DNA of 64,000 nucleotides from Acholeplasmataceae bacterium (GTDB lineage Bacteria; Bacillota_I; Bacilli_A; Acholeplasmatales; Acholeplasmataceae): NCBI GenBank assembly GCA_963675245.1, contig OY775910.1, positions 896,001 to 960,000 of the forward strand, read 5' to 3'. Shown piece by piece: positions 58,976 to 64,000 of this stretch (position 1 is its first letter; each line of letters starts with the position of its first letter). The notes under the pieces were generated by a model. It saw only the letters and a program-made list of their open reading frames with translations, ran no database searches and was not told where the DNA came from. The position numbers and the translations under genes were made by a program.

Positions 58976-60046
58976 ATGTTTTTAGCGATTAAAGAATTAA
59001 GATATACAAAAACGAAATTTATCCTCATTATAACGGTTATTGTACTGATTAGTTATTTGGTATACTTTTTGACTTCATTAGCTTATGGTCTCGCATCATC
59101 ATATACGAATGCCGTTGAAAAATGGGAAGCGGATGAAATTATCATGACAGTTGATGCCAATGATAGTTTAATGATGTCTTTTATGAATCAAGACGGGTAT
59201 GATGCGGTTAATACGACAGGTGAAAAAGCGAGAATAGGATTATTCCCAGCGGTAATTAATAATCCAACCGCTGATGTAGATACAGATACACGAATTAATG
59301 TTTATTTTTTTGGTATTGATAGTGGAAGTTTTATTCAACCATCAGAATTGAGCAATCTCACATTATCTGGTAATGACGTCATCGTCGATGAAGAATTACG
59401 ACAAGAAGGATATGAAATTGGTGATTTATTTGCTGTTACTGGTACAGATGAACAATATAAAATCATCGGCTTTTCAACAAGAACAACGTATCAAACAGCA
59501 CCAGTTGTTTACATGGCGCTTGATACATGGCAAGCCTATAGATACGGCACAACTAACGCACCGGACTTATATAGTGGCATCATTATTAGAGGAGAAGCTA
59601 GCGGTTTAACAGATGATTTAACAACCTACACAGTAGAAGACTTTATAGGTTACTTACCAGGTTATACAGCACAGGTTCTCACATTTTCAACAATGATTGT
59701 ATTCTTAATCATTATTTCAGCTTTTGTATTAGGCATATTTATTTATGTATTAACCATTCAGAAAACAAGCATGTTTGGTGTGATGAAAGCACAAGGCATC
59801 TCCAATGGACACATTGGTGGTTCTGTACTCATTCAAACCATTTTACTCGTTGCATTTGGTATCATTATCGGCTTATTCTTCACAGCCTTAACAGGATATT
59901 TCTTGGGTGATGTTATTCCATTTGCAGTGAATATCATGTTTTATCTCATCATCACTGGTGCGTTCTTCGTATTTGCAGTATTTGGAGGATTATTCTCTGT
60001 GAATGCTGTCTTGAAGATTGACCCATTAAAGGCTATTGGAGGTTAA
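58976..60046 (+). CDS. ABC transporter permease, FtsX/HrtB-like
   Basis: MFLAIKELRY, a large extracellular loop, QK...FGVMKAQG, KIDPLKAIGG. Confidence 0.85.
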   Translation: MFLAIKELRYTKTKFILIITVIVLISYLVYFLTSLAYGLASSYTNAVEKWEADEIIMTVDANDSLMMSFMNQDGYDAVNTTGEKARIGLFPAVINNPTADVDTDTRINVYFFGIDSGSFIQPSELSNLTLSGNDVIVDEELRQEGYEIGDLFAVTGTDEQYKIIGFSTRTTYQTAPVVYMALDTWQAYRYGTTNAPDLYSGIIIRGEASGLTDDLTTYTVEDFIGYLPGYTAQVLTFSTMIVFLIIISAFVLGIFIYVLTIQKTSMFGVMKAQGISNGHIGGSVLIQTILLVAFGIIIGLFFTALTGYFLGDVIPFAVNIMFYLIITGAFFVFAVFGGLFSVNAVLKIDPLKAIGG

Positions 60047-60047
60047 T

Positions 60048-60722
60048 ATGAAACCAGTTATTGAAATGATCAATGTCACAAAAGATTTTTTACAAAACGA
60101 TAATGTAATTAATGCCCTTAAAATAACCAACTTCAAAGCATATGAAGGAGAACTTATTGGCATTATGGGTCCATCTGGTTCTGGTAAATCAACGTTCTTA
60201 ACTATTTTAGGTGGTCTTCAACGACCAACAACCGGTAAAGTGCTATTGAATGGTAAACCATTTAGTGAACTAGGTACAAAAGAAAAATCTAAACTTCGTT
60301 TATACAATATCGGCTTCATTTTACAAGCATCGAACTTAATTCCATTTTTGACAGTGAAAGAACAAATGGTGCTTTATAATAAAATAACACGGACAAAAAT
60401 AAACGAAGAATGGATGAAAAAATTATTTTTGAAATTAGACGTTGATAAACTTATAGATAAATATCCAAATGAATTATCAGGTGGTGAACGACAACGTTCA
60501 GCGATTGCAAAAGCACTCTACCATCAACCTTCAGTTATTTTCGCAGATGAACCTACCGCTAGTCTAGATACCAAAAAAGCATATGATGTTGTAAAACTCC
60601 TCGCTAAAGAAACGAAAGAACAAAAGAAAGCAACCATCATGGTGACACATGATGAAAGAATGCTTGAATATTGTGATAGGGTTTATGTCATGATTGATGG
60701 CGTTATGGAACAAAAAAAATAA
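60048..60722 (+). CDS. ABC transporter ATP-binding protein, LolD/HrtA-like
   Basis: [30 protein letters not shown]. Confidence 0.92.
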   Translation: MKPVIEMINVTKDFLQNDNVINALKITNFKAYEGELIGIMGPSGSGKSTFLTILGGLQRPTTGKVLLNGKPFSELGTKEKSKLRLYNIGFILQASNLIPFLTVKEQMVLYNKITRTKINEEWMKKLFLKLDVDKLIDKYPNELSGGERQRSAIAKALYHQPSVIFADEPTASLDTKKAYDVVKLLAKETKEQKKATIMVTHDERMLEYCDRVYVMIDGVMEQKK

Positions 60723-60742
60723 GAGCCAATTGGCTCTTTTTT
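60721..60742. terminator. Bidirectional terminator
   Basis: AAGAGCCAATTGGCTCTTTTTT between convergent genes. Confidence 0.7.
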
Positions 60743-61322
60743 ATCGATCATTTATACCTTTACCATCTAGGATATGATCTTCATATTTTTCAATACGATT
60801 TCGTCTGGTTTCTGATTGTTTTGCTGATGAGAAGTATAGCGCATAAGCACGTTGTCTACCAGGCGTTAATGCTTCAAATGAGGCTTTAAGTTCAGGTTTA
60901 TCTAGGAATTTTTTGAGTAACTCATCAGGCAATTCAAAGGTTTTTGAGTCTTTAAATTGAACTTTAACACCGGCTTTTTGAAGATTGATAGCTTCATGAA
61001 TATAGGACAATATGGTTTGCTCATGATCAATAATATCGTTTACGTTTTCGAATTTCATGTAACGCATTGCTTGAGAATTTTGTCCTGGAGAAGTAAGCAT
61101 ATGTTTAGAGTCTTTTAGTAAAGATCCAGTGAAAAAACTAACTGACACAGCAGCTTTAAATGAGTGAATCATCACTAAGTTTGTACCATCTAACATATAA
61201 CAAGGTTGTTGCCACTTTAATGTTTCTTCAAGAGGTGTTTTTAAGAGGATATTTCTAAGAGCAAGCAATTCAGCTTGCCATGTTTCTTGAGTATTTATAT
61301 ATGTTGTAACTTTATCATCCAT
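60741..61322 (-). CDS. YdeI/OmpD-associated (DUF1801) family protein
   Basis: EETLKWQQPCY, FTGSLLKD, FEALTPGRQRAY...SAKQSETR. Confidence 0.85.
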   Translation of the reverse strand: MDDKVTTYINTQETWQAELLALRNILLKTPLEETLKWQQPCYMLDGTNLVMIHSFKAAVSVSFFTGSLLKDSKHMLTSPGQNSQAMRYMKFENVNDIIDHEQTILSYIHEAINLQKAGVKVQFKDSKTFELPDELLKKFLDKPELKASFEALTPGRQRAYALYFSSAKQSETRRNRIEKYEDHILDGKGINDR

Positions 61323-61603
61323 CAGCATACACCTTCTTTCATTTTTATTATAGCAAGTATTCATAAAATCAAAATATAACATGCATTTATATAGCAGTAT
61401 AAACCATGTTGAAAAACAGCATTAATAAGACATTTTTAGTATATAAATCATTTTATATCTATAAAATGGATTCGTTGACATAAGAGGATACATTCATGTA
61501 AAATAAACGATAGGCATGTATACTTTGAATACGTCGTTATCTTATGAGTATTTGATGTAATCTTGATAAGATTTATCAATATAAATATGAAAGTGTGACT
61601 AAT

Positions 61604-63055
61604 ATGAAAAAAGCGAATATCGGAATGATTGGACTTGCAGTCATGGGAGAAAATCTCTCTTTGAATATGCTATCAAAAGGCTTTAGCGTAGCGGTTTATA
61701 ACTTAGAAACAGAGCGCGTAGATGCTTTTGTAAATGGACGTGCTAGAGGAAAAGCAGTGATTGGTACTTATAGTATTCAAGAACTGGTTGAGCATGTTGA
61801 AAGACCTAGAAAAATTATGATGATGATCAGAGCGGGAAAACCTGTTGATATCGTTATTGACCAATTATTACCCTTTTTAGAAAAAGGAGATATCATTATT
61901 GATGGTGGAAACACACATTATTCAGATACGATTAGACGTGCAAAAAAAGTAGAAGCGTTAGGGATTAAATATATAGGCTCTGGTGTTTCGGGTGGCGAAG
62001 AAGGCGCATTGAATGGACCTTCAATCATGCCTGGTGGATCTGAAGGTGCATGGCCATTTGTTCAACCAATATTCCAAGCAATTGCAGCTAAAACCGAAGA
62101 TGGTGATATATGCTGTGATTGGATTGGTGAAGATGGTTCTGGTCATTTTGTTAAAATGGTGCATAATGGGATTGAATATGGTGATATGCAGCTGATTACT
62201 GAAATTTATCACATCATGAAAAATATGCTTGGACTTCATGCAGATGATATGAGTGACATCTTTAAAACATGGAATCAAGGTGATTTGGAAAGTTATTTAG
62301 TTGAAATCACAGGTAATATTCTGTCATTTAAAGATGAAGATGGAGAGCCACTAGTTGATAAAATTTTAGATAAAGCTGGACAAAAAGGTACTGGTAAATG
62401 GACAGCCATCTCATCACTAGAAGAAGGTATTCCACTAACCCTTATTGGTGAAGCAGTTTATGCAAGATGTTTATCAGCGATGAAAGAAGAAAGAGTCATT
62501 GCTAGTAAAGCATACAAAAAGAATGCACAAAAGCCAGAATTAACTAAGGATGTTAAGGCTTGGATTAAAGAACTTGAACATGCATTATATGCAGCCAAGA
62601 TTATTAGTTATACACAAGGATATATGTTAATGAAAGCTAGTGCTGAATCGAATCAATGGCATTTAAATTATGGTGGCATTGCACTCATGTGGCGCGGAGG
62701 ATGCATCATCCGTTCTAAATTCTTAGGAAAAATAAAAGAAGCTTATGATAAGAATCCACAATTATCAAATTTATTGTTAGACGATTTCTTTAAAAAGGCG
62801 ATTGAAACTAGAATTGATAGTTTAAGAAGTGTTGTCACAAAAGCGATTAGTCATGGTATTTATGTGCCATCGTTAGCAGCTGCGATTAATTTCTTCGATG
62901 GTTATACATCAAGCGTATTACCACACAATCTATTACAAGCACAACGCGATTACTTTGGTGCACACACATATAATAGAGTTGATAAAGAAGGTGTGTTCCA
63001 TACGAATTGGACAGGAAAAGGTGGTTCTACATCGAGTACCACTTATGATGTCTAA
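61604..63055 (+). CDS. gndA: NADP-dependent 6-phosphogluconate dehydrogenase (decarboxylating)
   Basis: IGLAVMG, DGGN, GVSGGEEGA, HFVKMVHNGIEY, QKGTG, WRGGCII, QAQRDYFGAH. Confidence 0.97.
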   Translation: MKKANIGMIGLAVMGENLSLNMLSKGFSVAVYNLETERVDAFVNGRARGKAVIGTYSIQELVEHVERPRKIMMMIRAGKPVDIVIDQLLPFLEKGDIIIDGGNTHYSDTIRRAKKVEALGIKYIGSGVSGGEEGALNGPSIMPGGSEGAWPFVQPIFQAIAAKTEDGDICCDWIGEDGSGHFVKMVHNGIEYGDMQLITEIYHIMKNMLGLHADDMSDIFKTWNQGDLESYLVEITGNILSFKDEDGEPLVDKILDKAGQKGTGKWTAISSLEEGIPLTLIGEAVYARCLSAMKEERVIASKAYKKNAQKPELTKDVKAWIKELEHALYAAKIISYTQGYMLMKASAESNQWHLNYGGIALMWRGGCIIRSKFLGKIKEAYDKNPQLSNLLLDDFFKKAIETRIDSLRSVVTKAISHGIYVPSLAAAINFFDGYTSSVLPHNLLQAQRDYFGAHTYNRVDKEGVFHTNWTGKGGSTSSTTYDV

Positions 63056-63085
63056 AAAAATTATTCGTTTTATATATATATTTAA

Positions 63086-63112
63086 GAAAACGCGTCAATA
63101 GATGCGTTTTTC
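63086..63112 (+). terminator. Intrinsic terminator after gnd
   Basis: AAAACGCGTC-AATA-GATGCGTTTTT. Confidence 0.7.
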
Positions 63113-63194
63113 TATTATAATCCAAGATTGGAAAGCAATGAAACTCTAACATGTTATAATGTATTTATAATGATTTAAACATAGGTGAATACAC

Positions 63195-64000
63195 ATGGAT
63201 CAAATTAAACGGTTTGACTTTAATAAGAAACCTAAAAAGGAAAAGTTTTTTTTAACACCACTCGCTTATATTTTAAGTTTTCCTGAAGTTTGGCAAAGAC
63301 ACCTCAAAGTGAATAAGGTGAATATGAAGGGATTAAAACCACCATATATTTTACTATGTACACATCACGCATTTGTTGATTTTAAAGTAACCACTGCTGC
63401 TATATTTCCACATCGAGCAAATTATATAGTCGCCATTGATGGGTTTATCGGTCGAGAGTGGCTTTTAAGAAATGTTGGTGGCATCGGTAAACGTAAATTC
63501 ACTAGTGACCAACGTTTGATAAGACAAATTAAACACAGTTTGGATCAATTAAAATATATCTGTGCTATTTATCCGGAAGCGAGATATTCACTGATAGGTA
63601 CCAATGCGATATTACCAGAAGCACTTGGTAAAATGATAAAAATGTTTAAACATCCGGTGGTTGTATTAAATATGCATGGTGATTATCTATCTCAACCCGT
63701 TTGGAATTTAAATAAGCGAAAAGTTAATTTGGTTGCTGATATGACGCAAATTATTACAAAAGAAGAAATTAGATCGATTTCTGTCAATGAAATTAATCAT
63801 CGTATTAATGATGCATTTCAATATGATGAGTATAAATGGCAGTTTGATAATAAGATTAAAATAGATGATCCCAATAGAGCTAAAAACATCCATAAAGTGT
63901 TATATCAATGTCCAGCTTGTTTAGCAGAACACGAGATGGATTCTGATGGTAGTCAAATATGGTGTAATCATTGTCATAAAACATATGAAATGGATGTTTA
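63195..64000 (+). CDS. PlsC-like lysophospholipid acyltransferase with a Cys-pair (zinc-ribbon-like) region; runs off the window
   Basis: Hand translation: MDQIKRFDF...PPYILLCTHHAFVDF (HX4D)...IYPEARYS...LYQCPAC...WCNHC. Confidence 0.8.
   Translation, partial: MDQIKRFDFNKKPKKEKFFLTPLAYILSFPEVWQRHLKVNKVNMKGLKPPYILLCTHHAFVDFKVTTAAIFPHRANYIVAIDGFIGREWLLRNVGGIGKRKFTSDQRLIRQIKHSLDQLKYICAIYPEARYSLIGTNAILPEALGKMIKMFKHPVVVLNMHGDYLSQPVWNLNKRKVNLVADMTQIITKEEIRSISVNEINHRINDAFQYDEYKWQFDNKIKIDDPNRAKNIHKVLYQCPACLAEHEMDSDGSQIWCNHCHKTYEMDV

Noticed and set aside
61604..63055. gnd as part of the proposed rhamnose/erythrose-4-P pathway
   Set aside because: It is 50 kb away with its own promoter and terminator; it only shows that pentose-phosphate metabolism exists.
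1..64000. UGA=Trp recoding (Mycoplasma-type code 4), given the Mollicutes-like character
   Set aside because: Long genes are intact under code 11, Trp is encoded by TGG, and several genes end at TGA overlapping the next start codon.

Overview
This is a low-GC (roughly one-third G+C by eye) bacterial chromosome segment using the standard code: TGA is a stop and Trp is TGG. Firmicute-type regulation (T-boxes, a cre-like site, LytTR, HisR) and acidic InlB-repeat lipoproteins suggest an Acholeplasmatales/Izemoplasmatales-like anaerobe (inference). Contents from left to right: (1) 1-11.5 kb, an unusual L-rhamnose locus with rhaA/rhaB, a RhaE-like class II aldolase-fold protein, a PHP protein, SrlD-like and SorE-like oxidoreductases, a DeoR regulator and a TPP-dependent E1/E2/E3 complex. 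I propose it encodes a 'chain-flipping' route from rhamnose to acetyl-CoA + erythrose-4-P. (2) 11.6-28.5 kb, a LytTR two-component system and a PUL-like glycosidase cluster (GH78, MFS, two membrane-anchored domain-inverted GH3s, an InlB-repeat lipoprotein). (3) 30.5-36.8 kb, a branched-chain amino-acid fermentation operon (Leu dehydrogenase, P-loop protein, Vor, ptb, buk). (4) A Trp T-box controlling a solitary trpB. (5) 42.3-52.0 kb, an RHS polymorphic-toxin island (toxin, immunity, orphan CT/immunity, decayed orphan) that appears to sit inside a broken host gene. (6) HisR- and Arg-T-box-controlled amino-acid ABC transporters, stress and ABC genes, gnd and a partial acyltransferase. No rRNA, tRNA, CRISPR array, transposase, integrase or reverse transcriptase was recognised. 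All family calls come from motif recognition by eye, not database searches.
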